Shown: positions 34,878 through 49,000 of the stretch, piece after piece
How the letters are laid out: every line of letters starts with the position of its first letter
Numbering within the stretch: the stretch's first letter is position 1
DNA from: Anthoceros angustus
Taxonomy: Eukaryota; Plantae; Anthocerotophyta
Reading direction: 5' to 3'
DNA: 64,000 bases
NCBI GenBank assembly: GCA_010909165.1
Contig: MU008181.1
Location: forward strand, 248,001-312,000
Notes under the pieces: generated by a model
Seen by the model: the letters and a program-made list of their open reading frames with translations, nothing else
What the model was told of the DNA's origin: nothing
The model's database searches: none
Position numbers and translations under genes: made by a program

Positions 34878-35710
34878 TTCTTATATAATAAAATTACTAT
34901 CTTTTATATATAAGATAGCGAAACAAAACCAAGAATGGTTTAGAACTTGCTGCTATCTCCGGTCTACACTCTTGTTCTAAATGTAACATTGAGTGTAGTA
35001 GATCTTTCACTTGTTCGAGATGTTGGGCTTGAGTTATCCATTCTTTTTTTTCATTGTCGAACTCATATCCTATATAAGGACGATTTCCGGTTAAAACTTC
35101 ATACAAAATGACTCCTGCGCTCCAAATATCGGCTTTTGAAGTATAGCTTATGTTTACATCATCTTCCGAGTCCAATACCTCCGGAGCCATGTAACATGTG
35201 GTTCCTGCAGCTCCCCTATACAATAATTCATGTTCGTTTTGGAGACATGGAGCGGATGAAAGCGTGATGGCGGGCCACTCAAGTCATCCGCCGAGAACCT
35301 GCTACCACCACAAAGCAGTGCAGAACCCCTCTGAAACACTCATGGTTTTTAGTAAATACCCAATCCCGAATAATTAAACGGATACTAATTAAATAGATAA
35401 ATGCTATATAGGATATCCGGATAACTAAAAGTATACCAAGAATCCCAAGAAGTAGGCGGGCTAGTTCTGCATTGCACACATGTATTTATAGCGAATCGAA
35501 CATGAAGAGAACGTCCATTTTCCAAGCTAGAACTCGAGAGCTGCCCGTAACATCTTTGGTATCGAGCCAGCCACCCTTAGATCGAGGATCAAGGCGGCCG
35601 AGGATCGAGAGGAGTTCGGGAGCACTGAGGTGGTAGCAGCTGACTTCACCATCACCCAGGCGGACCAACCGGGAGGAGGCGTAGAAACTAGAGAAGTCTT
35701 GGAAATCTCT
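34878..35710. repeat. Diverged duplicate of 37177-38050 (kinase 3' end, Gypsy 5' LTR, PBS and leader)
   Basis: It carries the same YRGAAGTTCYMAPEVLDSEDD..DIWSAGVILYEVLTG peptide, the LTR ending gcccgtaaca, tctttggtatcgagcc and the leader up to gagaagtcttggaaatctct. Many small deletions are present. Confidence 0.92.
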
Positions 35711-37060
35711 TAGGGTGTGCTCTAAGATGACTTATGGTAGATGGGTACACCCCATTTCCACTTAATCAATAAACTCCTCCTTGAAATCCCTTAGGGTCTG
35801 CTCTAAGATGACTTATGGTAGATGGGTACACCCCATTTCCACTTAATCAATAAACTCCTCCTTGAAATCTTCCAATCACGTTAACAATTCCTATGTATGT
35901 AGTTATGTTAATGATTCCCTATAAGTGTGTAGGTAAATGAATCTACAAATTGTAGCATTTGTTTAGATCCAATGGAAAAGATCAACAGGTCAGCAAGATA
36001 AATGCATGCCTTCACATTTTTTACAAGACATGTATCACAACATGGCTAAATAATGGTGGCAGGATTTGCCCCAATTGAAGAGGAGAGATATTTCAATATC
36101 TTGAGAGTGACCAAGAAGCATTAAGCAGCTTGAATATTATAATAATTGATTATATATGGCATGGCTAGATAATGGTGGGAGGACTTGCCCCAATTGAAAA
36201 TGGGAGATATTTCAATATCTCAAGAGTGACCAAGAAGCATTAAGCAACCTGGATGTTATGATAATTGATTATATATGGATCTTGTTCATTCTGCCTACAC
36301 ATATGATCTTCCTTTTATATACGTATGTAGTCCCTTTATATACCCATGATCCTTCTTTTATATTCCTACGCATTTCTCTTTTTATATATCTTCTTCTTCT
36401 TCTTCTTACAGGGCTTTCGTTTCTCTTTTTGTCCCTTGTATAACTCTTTTTGTCCCTTGTATAACATCTATTTCTCACAAGGTGCGCATAATTTGTACAT
36501 CCTACCTTTTTATAAAGTCTAGCTATTCTCTTAAAAAAAAAGTTACACTGTGTTTCCATGTCATGCAATCATGTTCCACTTTCCCTCTACATGTGGATTG
36601 CTCTTGAGAGTGTACTTTCTACAAGGTTGGCAATGTTTATACATCCTACTTTTTTATAAAGTCCAGTTATTCTCTAAAAAAAAGGAGTTAAACTACGTTT
36701 CCATATCATGCAATCATGTTCCACTATCTGCCTCCATGTGGAGTGCTCTTCATTGTGTACTCACTACTCCGCACCATGCTATACATGCAATATCTACCTA
36801 CTATAATGTAAACGAGTTTTGTGTTAAGAAACAATAATTAAATATACTTAAGTTGGTGTTCGTCGAAGTTTGTGTTAAAAAAATAATAATTAAATAATTC
36901 AATTGGCATTCATTGAGCCCCAAATTACAAAGTAAATGAGTCTGGTAATAAGAAATAATAATTGAATATACTTATGCTAATATTTATTAAATCTCAAACC
37001 AAAAAGTAAACGAGTTTGGTGCTAAGAAATAACAACCAGATATACTTCAACTGATGTTCA
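35710..37060. repeat. AT-rich cluster of short tandem duplications (81 bp x2, ~119 bp x2, ~143 bp x2, degenerate ~65-75 bp units)
   Basis: tagggt.tgctctaagatgacttatggtagatgggtacacccc x2 (35710-35870); catggcta.ataatggtgg.agga.ttgccccaattgaa x2 (36041, 36160); tacatcctac.ttttt.ataaagtc x2 (~36496, ~36640); gtaaacgagtt..gtg.taagaa variants (36809-37028). Confidence 0.8.
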
Positions 37061-37199
37061 TTGAATGTCGGGCACCTGCTAACAAGAAGGAGGCACTGAA
37101 GAGTGGTTTAATGAAATTATGAATAAAGTTAAAATAAAAATCATTATATTAAAAATATAATATAATATAAAAACTCTTATATAATAAAATTACTATCTT

Positions 37200-37551
37200 T
37201 TATATATAAGATAGCGAGCAAAACCAAGAATGGTTTAGAACTTGCTGCGCATCCGGTCTACACTCTTGTTCTAAATGTAACATTGAGTGTAGTAGATCTT
37301 TCACTTCGTTCGAGATGTTGGGCTTGAGTTATCCATTCTTTTTTTTCATTGTCGAACTCATATCCTATATAAGGACGATTTCCGGTTAAAACTTCATACA
37401 AAATGACTCCTGCGCTCCAAATATCGGCTTTTGAAGTATAGCTTATGTTTACATCATCTTCCGAGTCCAATACCTCCGGAGCCATGTAACATGTGGTTCC
37501 TGCAGCTCCCCTATACAATAATTCATGTTCGTTTTGGAGACATGGAACAGA
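37200..37551 (-). pseudogene. Ser/Thr protein kinase (CAMK/CDPK-like catalytic domain), C-terminal half
   Basis: (SV)PCLQNEHELLYRGAAGTTCYMAPEVLDSEDDVNISYTSKADIWSAGVILYEVLTGNRPY...QQVLNHSWFCSLSYI*, covering subdomains VIII-XI. Confidence 0.85.
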
Positions 37552-37861
37552 TGAAACGTGATGACGAGCAGGCCACTCAAGTCATCCGCCGAGGAACCGA
37601 AGCTACCACGAAACAGGTAGCAGGAACCCTACGAAACACTCATGGTTTTTAGCAAATACCCAGATAAATAATTAAATGATACTAATTAAATAGATAAATG
37701 CCACTATATAGGATATCCGGATAACTAAAACCTTATACCAAGAGAATCCCAAGAAGTAGGTAGTTCATTCTTGACTGCCGCACACATGTATTTATAGCGA
37801 ATCCGAACATGAAGAGAACGTCCATTTTCCTGAAGCTAGAACTCAGAGCTGCCCCGTAACA
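37552..37861 (+). repeat. 5' LTR (310 bp)
   Basis: tgaaacgtgatgacg...gccccgtaaca, followed by the PBS. Confidence 0.95.
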
Positions 37862-38457
37862 TCTTTGGTGTCAGAGCCACTGAGCTAGCCACCCTTAGAT
37901 CTAGGATCAAGGCCGGCAGCCAGGATCGAGAGGCCGAGTTCGGGAGCACCTGGAGGTGGTAGCAGCAGCTTCACAGCAACCATCACCAGCGACAGAGAAC
38001 GGACCAACTGGGAGGAGGGTAGAAACCAGGAGAAGTCTTGGAAATCTCTCCTGGAAAGGCAGCATGGACAATCGCGCCTTGACCCCGGCAGAGGAACCAT
38101 CAATCTCCAGCGCAAGCGAGGAAGAAGACCCATTCGAAGGAATTGGAAAGAGGGTGCGCACAAGACAACAACACCTCCGTGATTCCTTAGAGGCCATCTC
38201 CCTGCTGCCACCACCGGGACTGCACTGCCGGCCTGTGAGCGCGAGGAACACACTCGCCGCCTCGGCCCGAGAGGAGGTCGAGAATCGTTATGGAGGTCGG
38301 ACCGAACCGGACGCCTCCAGAATTCTCACGAATACGCCTCGTAGCCGTGAAGCGACGTGACGCCCGAGGAAGCACAAAGACTAATGAATCACGCCACCCT
38401 CCCCGCAGAACAGCGGTGAGCCAACCGGAGTGAAGCGACCTGACGACACCTTGAAGG

Positions 38458-41400
38458 ATGGAGGAAAGGACAGCCAGTGTCGAACATACCTGCGACGAAT
38501 TGCGCTCATCCTTGTCCCGACAAGACCAACAGCTGGCTAAGGTAGAGCGGGCTGTCGATCGGATCGAAGTCCAGGTGGGGGAGGGCCAAGCCCGATTGGA
38601 GAGGCAGCTGGAGGGTGTGCTCCAGACGCTGGAGCAACCAACACCCCCAGGCGCTCACCAATTCCCACCCTCGGACGCTGAGGTGACCAGACCCGTGCCC
38701 ACGGTGGACGGAACACACCTCTCCACACCTGTGGATGGAAGACTGTCAGGAGCAACCCGCCCTGACACGGGAAGGGAAGAAGGACGGAGATACACCACCG
38801 TACCTTGTGTCGAGAAGGAATCCCACCTAGAGGATGGGGAGCTGAGGAAGAAACTCATCGTAGAACTCCAACCTGGAGAGGAAGAGAACAAAGACATCAA
38901 AGCAATGGTGAGGCGTCCGCATGATGAGATATGAGCATTGGGAGCGCCAACGAGGTCGCCGAGTGGAGAAGCTCAAGTGGGAGAAGAATACCTGCTCAAA
39001 CCAAGCCCCATTTCGACAAGGAGTTACCAAAAATCAAGACCACAACGCTCGACTAAGTGCCAAAGATGCTCAAAGTGTGCATGACCGTTGGACAAACTCG
39101 ACAAGTACCTTGCGCCCACAAAGACGATTTGCGAAGATCCAGTTCTGCGTGATGTCGCTTGAAGGATATGCCTACCGTTGGTGGCGCCAGAGAGAAAAAC
39201 ATGTGGACCTTGGCATGGAACCACCTGTACTCGGCCGTCCTCAAACAAATTTTCTTGGAAGCCCTACCGGAATCATCGCAGAGATTTGTATCAACAATTC
39301 AAAGATATTCCAACAAGGTAGTGTACAAGAGTACCGTGATAAGTTTCTCCAACTCACACTTGACATGCCCAGCCGGATGAGGAGCAAAAGATCGAGAAAT
39401 TCATCGATGGAGAAATTCAAATGAGAGCGGATGTGAACCAAACGAACCAAAGAACTTTGGTCAAGCAATGCGAGCACCATCAATTACTGATAACATACAA
39501 ACACTTCTTCCGCAGTCCCTCCAAGCCTAAGTGGAACAAGATACTAACGCACAAGAAACCAACTTTCAAAATCACTGAGGAGGAGAAGAAGGAATACAAA
39601 GTGAGAAGAGGAAATGTTTCACTTGCATGGCACAAGACCATGGTTCAAAGAACCGCCTTTCCGCAAGGACTTCATCAACTGGTTGAGAGAAACCGGGAAG
39701 ACCACCAGAGCAAACCCAAACCCTCCCAAGAGCGGACATGCCATCAACACAACCGAGGTCAGTACCCATGTCATTATAGCTGCAGCGATCTCAGGGAAGT
39801 TAAATCTCCAAGAGGGTTACCTGACCCATGTGCCCATCAAACTAGAGGTTGGTCTAGAAGGCTCCCGAGCCATAGCCCTGCTAGACTCTGGTGCCAGTCA
39901 TCATTATGTGTCTAGATCCGTCAAAAAGGTTGGCTAGATCCGCATCTCCTCGGACATGTGTCCTGAGAGTGAGCTGGCGAACATGAAACCAAAGAAGGAA
40001 GAGTGGATCGATGCACTAATCACCTTCCTGTGGTGGTGGTCTTCGAATCAATGCCCCTTGTGTCATGACATCATCATTGGTAAGCCTCTGGCCAAGCATA
40101 CCCACACATTAGACATAAACCGTTGTCTAACGAGTGAGTCTTACAAAGGGGATAAGACATACACCATGCAAGGTGAAGATACCCCGACAAAGCTTGTTTG
40201 TGATTCGCCAAGAAGCCACCGCCTCGCAGTTCATGTACGTAGCTGTCGAAAAAGTCTTACCCCTAGAAGGAACCCCAGAGTCCAGGGCTGCAGAAGCCAA
40301 GGCTCATGAGGAACTCCTACCACCCACCATGAAGTCACTGCTACAGGAGTTCCATGATGTGTTCACCGAACCAGCAGAACTCCCCCCTAGACGTCCTGTC
40401 GACCATGCCATAGAGCTCCTGCCAGGTCATAAACCCATCAGTATCCAACCATACCGTACGTCAGCCACTGAAAACGAGGAAATAAAAAAACAAGTAGACG
40501 AACTCCTACGGAAAGGGTTTGTACGCCCTTCGGTGTCCCCCTTCGGAGCCCCAGTCCTTCTTGTTGGCAAACCAGATGGTGGTTGGCGGCTATGCATTGA
40601 CTATCGAGGACTCAACCGGGCCACAGTCAGAAATGTCTACCAGATGCCGAGGATCGATGAGATCCTGGACCAACTTCACGGTGCAAAGTGGTTTACCAAG
40701 ATTGATCTGAGATCCGGCTTCCACCAGATCAGGATCAAGGAAGGGGATGAGTCAAAGACAGCCTTCCGCACAAGACATGGCCACTTCGAGTTCAGGGTCA
40801 TGCCGTTTGGCCTGACCAACGCACCTGCAACATTCCAATGTCTCATGCAGGACATCTTACGACCATTGTTGGGGCACGGCGTCGAAGTATTCCTCGACGA
40901 CATCCTCATATACACACCGGACCTAGAGACACATTACACCTTGGTCAGAAAGGTACTTGAGCTGCTGCGTGCAAACAAGTTATTGGCCAAAAGAAGTAAG
41001 TGTGTCTTCATGAGGTAGGAGTGTGAATACCTGGGCCACATCATTAGTGCAACAGGTATCCGGGTAGATCCCCGCAAGGTCAAAGCCGTGGTGGACTGGC
41101 CCCTACCTCAGGATATCACACAACTACGTGGGTTCTCGGCATGGCCGGCTTTACCGCTTCATCCAAAGTTTCAGAAGATAGTCTCGACGGATGCCCTCGT
41201 GCACTCAACCGCAAACCCTTACAACCGGGCCACCGTCTGCATTTGAACAACTCAAGCCCTTAGTTCGCTCCGTCAAGGTGGCACCCTGTGCCCCATACAC
41301 CATACGATGCATCGATTTTGCTATGGGTGCGATCACACAACAGTGGTCGAGCTATTGCCTACGAATCCGTGAAGTTGCAAGGGGCACAATTGAATTATGT

Positions 41401-43072
41401 ATACATGACAAAGAGATGTTGGCGATCACCCACGCCTCAAGGTGTGGAGGCATTACCTCTTAGGCCGTAAAGTGGTGTGTCACACCACCACTCCTTGCAA
41501 CATTTCTTCTCACAACCCAACCTCAACTCAGACAGTAGCAGATGGGTCAATATCCGGATTTCGACCTCGAGATCAAGTATGTTACCGACTTCTAACGTGG
41601 TCGCAGATGCCTTGAGTAGGAGAGCTCAGACACTCATGACCACAACCAAACGGTGCTTAGTCGGATGGATTGCCTCAAGACCCGAGTTGTGGCGCTTGTA
41701 TCAAAGTCTCCTCGCAGACGCAGCAGTATTCCCACAAAGACTTACCCAACTCTATTCCTCAAGGATGCTGTGTTTACCGTAAGGGCGGTTGGTCATCCCT
41801 CCCACCACCGCCAAAGCCATCCTCCATGATCCGCATGACTCCCCAATCTGCACTTGGGTATTGACAAAACCTATGCCAAGGTCCGGAGCATTTCCACTGG
41901 AAGGCATGCGCCCGACAGCATCGAGTGGGTGCGCTCGCACCCCGCCAACAAACCAAACCTAGCCATCGAAATACCTGTGTCTACTCCAACCCTCCAAATC
42001 CTCAATCGCTTCCCAATAGCCATGGACTTCATTACACACCTACCTCGCACTCCGCCTCCTAGAAGGACAAAGATCCGGTGGTGATGTAGGTTTTCCAAGG
42101 TCCGCCACTTCATTCCTGGCCACCTCGACACCACCGCACCAAACTAGCTACCTTTTTGTCCGTGAAATCTTCCGATTACACGGAACACGAGGACATTGTG
42201 CCTGATGTGGACGAAATTCACCTCCGGGTTTTGGCGGAACTTCATGGACACCGGCATCAAAGAACATGTCTTCACCTATCACCCAGACGGACGGCGAGAG
42301 AAGCACAATCGGTGTTAGAAGACATGCTTCGCCATTTCACACATGAGAAGGACGGTGGGAGGAACTCCTTCCCTTGTTGGAGTATGCGACACCTCAAGCA
42401 CGCAGCTGTGGGTTACTCCTTCAAACTCCTGTATGGTGAGACACCCCCACCTCCAGGCTTATGGCCCAACAGTCAAGACAAGTGGCGAAGCGCTGCCGAA
42501 ATCGCCGAGGACATCTGGCACGAGGTCAAGATGGCTCGACACAAACTCCAAGCAGCACAAGACCGGACCTGCATCACAGCCAACCGTCACCGACGCGACG
42601 TCAACTACTCCGTTGGCCAATTTGTTTGGCTCCGAGTCAAGCCTGTGTATCCCCGCCATGATTCAAGAACGCAAGAAGCTCACCTACCGCTGGCCTTTCC
42701 GGTGTTGAAGCCAACAACAAGGTCGCTGCATCAGCTTGAACGCCACGACCGGGCGCCCGCCAACATTCCATGTGTCCCTGTTGAAACCCGTGATCCACCG
42801 CCGTACCGAACTTCTCCCACTGCCGACACCAGCTGAGTCTGTACAGTAACCAGCCAACCCTCAGTCACCCCTTCCAGCACACAGACTCCCATTTCCTCTC
42901 CGGAGGCCAGCCACAGTCTTCCCTCTGAACCCCTCCCGACGGTATCACCACTTCCCCACCAACCGACACGCATCCTCCAGCGTCGAGACCGGCACCTCCG
43001 GACCGACACATCCGTGACTTCCTGGTTGCATGGGAGGGCGAACCCGATTCAGCGACAACATGCCTTACTAGA
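38458..43072 (+). pseudogene. Gypsy gag-pol polyprotein, frameshifted; the chromodomain continues at 50616-50712
   Basis: AKIQFCVMSLEGYAYRWWRQ (gag), AIALLDSGASHHYVS (protease), [27 protein letters not shown] / [28 protein letters not shown] / FLDDILIY (RT), NVVADALSRR (RNase H end), IAMDFITHLP (integrase), RIL..R..FLVAWEGEPDSATT|WEPED (chromodomain). Confidence 0.93.
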
Positions 43073-46000
43073 AAAGGGCACCCTATGTTACACTTTATGT
43101 TAAGATTTGGACCCCTGGATGTAACACTCATGTTGCAATTTTGGGGTCATGTAACACTTTTGGGCCCCTTGTTACACTTTTGGCTTGGAAACCATACCAC
43201 GGTTGTTGCAATCATGTTGCAATGGTGTTGCAATTATGTTAAGATGAAGTGAGAGGTGGTTTTGCCCTCTCTCAAAATTGCAACATGATTGCAACATCTA
43301 AAGTGTTACAAGAGAGGTCTTGTAACACTTTTGGAGGCTTGGTACCAAACCTCCTCCCCATCCACCACTGCCCTTTTACTTTTGCCCTTTGAAATACCAC
43401 GTTTTACTTGGTAGTTACCACCGATACACCCTTCAATACGACCATATATAAATACTTGTATCAATACACCCTTGTACTATACGCATGTAGTCTACGGTGA
43501 TAAATGTAATGTATTATTCTAAGTGCTATACGGGTGTATTCAATTTCATATAAAATAAGTTTGTATATTATGACACATATAATCGTCCGTACATATTCAT
43601 GGTACGATACTTTGTATTTACTATACGTGTAAATAGCGACGCCCTTTATACCCCTACTTTATAGCATGCGGCTTGGTTTGTCCTTCCCACGTCAACAATA
43701 GCCATCGGCTTCCGCCATGGCGCCCAAGAAGATATTGTCCCCACCTATCACCTTATTGTGACGATCACGTGAGGTTATGCCCCTACAAGATTGTGCGGAG
43801 GAGATTTGGTATCGCTGGCTTATGCTTTCGCCTCCATGTAAGGCACTTCCTACTCGTCATCGTATGCACCTACGAAACTTCCGCCTCCTGCTCGATTCGC
43901 AATTTTCTTCTTCCTCCCACTTGCGTTTGAGGCAAGCTTTGCCACTTCCTCCGCTTCCTCCTCGCCTGAGCACACATTGCACATACAAACCAGCATGGTC
44001 ATGAGTTATCCAGTTAATGGGTTTCCAGAAGCTGTCCATTTGCCTTACCTTCCCTCCGGTCCCTCCTCTTTCTTCCGCCTTCTTCTGGACATTTTCCTCT
44101 TCCGTCCTCCTTCTTCCTGTGCCATGCCCTTGTCACTTGCCCACCGCCGCCTCCTCTACTCCTCCTCCGTTTTCCTCTTTCGGCCTCCACCCTTTATCGC
44201 TGTGGCATTGCCTCAACTGGGCTCCACTATGGTCCATGCTCGATCCGAGGCTGCAAGGTATGTGTCTGCACAAAATTAGGCACATCGTCCTCTTCAGACC
44301 TCCTCTGCTGCGTCCATCTCAGCTGGCCCCCCCACGCCCCTCGGCCTCCATCGTGCATTGGCCTTTTGCCGATATCAAGCACTGCATGTTGCCCTCTTAG
44401 TCCTCCTTCATTCTCTCTCCCCTCGACATCCGCCTCATGTTCACGCGCCTTTTGCCCGCCCACCATGGCGCCGGGTGATCCACTCCTGTCCTCCGCCACC
44501 CGCTCCTCCTAGTCCCCTGCGATTTTTGGCTGTCCATAGTGCACACAAGTGTGTTTCTTCCCGTGATGGTTCGGTTGCCCCTCCGTGCTCCACCACCCGA
44601 CTCGCCTCCACACACCTTGTTCCCGCCTCCACCCCATCGCACTCCATCCGATCCCAACGGCCTCCACCTCCCATACATGGCCGTCACACCGGCGGTCGGG
44701 CACCCTCCACCTCTTTTCCATTATTTGCTTGCTGCCCACCGACATCCCTGCTGCCTCCATTGACCCCAATCCTGTGCATGCGGCTTCCACCAACCCTAGG
44801 CAATCGTGGTGTCGCGGCACCACAATATCGTCCACACTGTCACTCGGTTCCCCCCTCCGCGCCTCCCTCCTGCATGCTTCCTCAAGAGCGCCTCACCGTC
44901 CACTTCCCGCTCCTTGTTCATCGCCTTTCCCCATTCAAAGTCCCGTTGTCCCTCGCCCCCTCTGGCCTCCTTCCTCCCAAGCCCCCTTCCGCGCCATCTG
45001 CATTCCTTGATAGCCTCTCGTCGTCCATGTCACCACCTCGTGCACCATCGTTGCCTCCCACCCCTTCCTTCCGTCGTCTCGGAAAGGCCACCATATCAGG
45101 ATCCATCTTCAATTCAATGTCGTTAAGCAAAATGGTCATTTCCCTTGTTCTCCTTGCAATAGCCTGAACCTCTAGGATCTTTTCATACACTCCCTATCTT
45201 ACTCAAGGAACTCGGTACGTAACCCCACTATCGCCTTTCACGATTTCCACCCTTTCCCTTCTAGCAATCGCCACCGCCCGCCCCTCGAAGGTTGCCTCCC
45301 TTGTCTCAAGCTTGAACGCCAAGATGCTGTGCACATGTGTTACCCGTTTGTCCACCATGCCCACTCATCTGGCATGCAAACTTCAGAACGTGTGCACACT
45401 TTGCCAGCGTCACTTGCCATTAACGCGAGTCTGCGAAAACCCACCTCATCCAACAGAAATAGCTCTTCATCTATTTCCTTCACTTCCTGCACGCAGTGCT
45501 CCAACTCCGCATCCGTCGGGGCTGGGAGGTTCCACGTCTCAAAGTCGTCAAAATCAAGTCTGGGCTCGGCAGCCATGTCGCCCCTCGCCTCTTACCTCTC
45601 GCTGACCGTCTTCGACGAGGAGGCCGCTTCTTCACATCGCCGATGTCTGAATGGAGACCGCCGCTGGGTGCGGTGGATGAGCGAGATAGCCCGAGGCCAT
45701 TTGGCCCCCTCATCCTCCCCACCCAGATACGGTCTGTCGTCGGCGACGCCGTCCGACTATGGTGTTCGCAGCGCCTTCATACGTGACTCCCCTAGCAAGC
45801 TTCACCTCGCCATACTCCCCATCCTGCGAACCGGTTGTCCACCACCTTCGTGCCATGCTGAAGGCAATGGCTTCCCTCTCGGGTGAAAGGTGCCAGGCCA
45901 TGAGTCCCTTGCCGAATTCAAGGCTATTTTGAAAAGCTTTGTTTGCAAAGGCCCGGTGGTTGTCATTTACTCCTCTTGGCCGGACGAGGCTGTGCACATG

Positions 46001-49000
46001 CTACTTGCCCATAATCGAACAATTTTCGACCACAACCTTGCGGACTTGGGAGCAAGTTTCATGTCCCATTGGTTATCGCGTTACTCATGATGTATTATAT
46101 TGCCCACATGGCACGCTCTCAATGCGCCCATTCGCATTTACCATTAATCATCGCCTTCCACCACCAAAGATTGCCTTGTGCATCCGGAGGAGGAGACAAT
46201 AGACTATAGCACTGTGCAAACCAATCACCATACATGATTTATTCCACTTTCAGCACGCGTGACTCGAGTAGCGTGCAAAGGGTGACTTGTCATGTCCGGT
46301 CAGTATGGACGGGCACCAAACCATACCCATCCATTCCGCCAAGCAGGTAAGACAGGTCATCGAGTTTTATTGCGTGACAGCATGGGAAGTACAAGTAGTG
46401 ATCAAGGATGAAGGACTTTCCCATCCCAATGTTTAATTACGGTAAGCATATGTCCCCACATTGTGAGGTATAAACCGTCCCTGCTCACACGACGACTGCC
46501 GTGCCCCAGAGACGGCAAGAGCCAAGGGATGGCCCCTCCATACCAGGTCCTTGATGGCCGACGAGGGGAGAGCAACCTCCCATCCATCATCCTCGATGGC
46601 CATCGTCATTGACAGGGAATTGCACTTGTCCTTAATGGCCATCGTCGGTTTCCACCACTGTGCAACAATAATGTGCACACACGCAATGATCCACAAAGAC
46701 ACAGTCGGAAGGCGGCGGTTTTGACTTATGGATTCCACAAACACTTTAGCTCGGGCATGGACTTGTAGGTAGGCGAATAGGGCCAAAAAGTGTTCACATC
46801 CGCCTCACTGAACCCCCACCATACCGTGTGTGGTCACGAACACCATGCCCGCACCATGTGGAAGGAACCACCTCGCCACCGGCAAGTCCCCACGAGGATA
46901 GCCACGAGATGCTTCCACGCCATGAGGCGGTGACACCGCCTCCAACCTTTGCAAAGGATCCTTGATGGCCATCAACGATTTCTAGTTGTGCACGAAGATG
47001 GAGACATGAACACACGCCTCGTGGTGCGAACTACCACTCCACGCCCATTTAGGTTTCCGACGGAAGCTAGCTCCGGCATACGTCAACATGTCCGTCATAC
47101 ATGGCATAAGGTAGCAAGGGAGAGCGCCGCAGTGTGCATGTCACGAAGAGGCTCGCAGTGCGAGGATGACCAAGAGAAAGGTAGTAGCGTGAAGCGAGGG
47201 GCAAGGTGGTGACATTTAAAGCGGACCACCACCTTCTACAGCCACTTGTGCCCCAGGCCACATCGGGTTGCGGATGAGAGGATCTTGAATTTCAACTATT
47301 CCTTACATGTGACAAACCAAACATGGCAAGCTTTGATGGCTGCCAACAGTGACGGTTGCTGGTAAATGCAATGAGTGTGAAGCTGGCGCGCCGTGGCCAT
47401 AGAGGAGCGCGGAATGCGAAGTTTGTTTTCATGTCTCCTAAGGGCTGGAAATCCTTTGCGACGGTGCGACGCCATAGTGACGTCAGAGCCGTCACCCTAG
47501 CATGGTGCCAGACGGCGTGAATACATTATACGTTCTGCCATGTGACGCGCATGATTGGTGGAGAGCAGAATGGGAGTCTCGAACGATGGACATCATTATC
47601 TAGGAGAACGGGAATTGGCATATATATGGCAAATTCACATACGACGGTCCTTCATTCATGGCATAATGAAAGGGGGCATTTAGTTTGCTTGAATGGCTCT
47701 CACGTGCCACCCACCGTCCTTGCACAATGGTGTAGATGTTGATATAGATTATTACCAAAGCGATTGGAGCAGTAGCGTCATCGGTTCAAACGACCTTCGA
47801 CGTGGCATGTTTTCTTCCATGCCATGAGTTTTCAATTATTCTAATGGCTTGCACCCACCTTCCTTGGACCATGGTGGAGGGAGAATTTTATTTGAGAGAA
47901 AGGGAACCATTGTCCTTGGTTCATGGCGGTTGTAAGATGGCCATGACCTTGTCATGGCATGGCACTTCCTTGGTCATCGGCCACTCAGAAATCGCATTGC
48001 AAACACTTGTCCTTGGGTCACGAAATGGTCATAAAAAACTGGGGACTATATATGGCATGCATGGAGGAATGGCATACGTGGACAAGGAAGGTTTCGTGTT
48101 TGTGCACTTCGTGCACAAACACGAAGTAGCGCGCGGGGAAGGTGGCATGGCAAGGCAAGGAGCCAGCTGGCATGGCATGCCACGTAGTCCCCCTTCTTGG
48201 ATGGAAGCACGGCGAAGGATGGTCCTAGCGCGGCAAGTGAGGTGGGCACGCCTGTGGAGAATGCGGATTCGACTGAAGTGGAGAGGGTGGATGATCATCG
48301 CGTGGAGCAGGAGGCGGCGAGAGAGGTGTCGGGTGCTGGAGGGGAGCAACTTCCAACAGCAGTGGAGTCTGCCAAAGAGGAGGGCGATCTTTGAGAGAAA
48401 GCGCAAGGGGAGTGGGTGTCTCTAATAGGTGGGAGCTAACTGGAGCTGCTTGCCGCAGGAGAGAATCCAAAACTGGAGGAGGAATCGCCAGGCCGTGACA
48501 TCGGGAGGAGGAGGAATTTGGCGTGAGTCCGGAGAAAGAGGACTGTGGTGATCGGGAGGAGCATGGTGGTGCTGCCCAAGAGGCCGACCGTGTGGTGGCG
48601 AGAGAGGCCATTGGTCTTGTGGACCTTCCGTGGCGATGGATAACCCCAACAACGTGGGAGGAGGATGCCTGTGGAGGAGGAGGAGGATGCCTGTGGAGGA
48701 GGAGGCGGTCTCGGAGGAGGCGGGCCAAGGAACGCTGCGTGCATATGATGGTCGGAGGACGGTGAGGAGAAGGACACCGGCGAATGATGGGGAAAGCGCA
48801 AGCGAGGCGGATGTGGAGATGGCGGATGATGAGGTGGAGGACATACCGACTACATTGCCACTACGAAATTGGAGAATTGATGGAGCGGTTGGCGGTAAGC
48901 CACTAGGCAGCGTCATTGCCGTGTTGTGCGGCATGGGCGTGGTGGAGTGTACATGGCTGTGAGCCGGTTATGCGATGGAGGTTGGGTGGAGAATGAGGAG

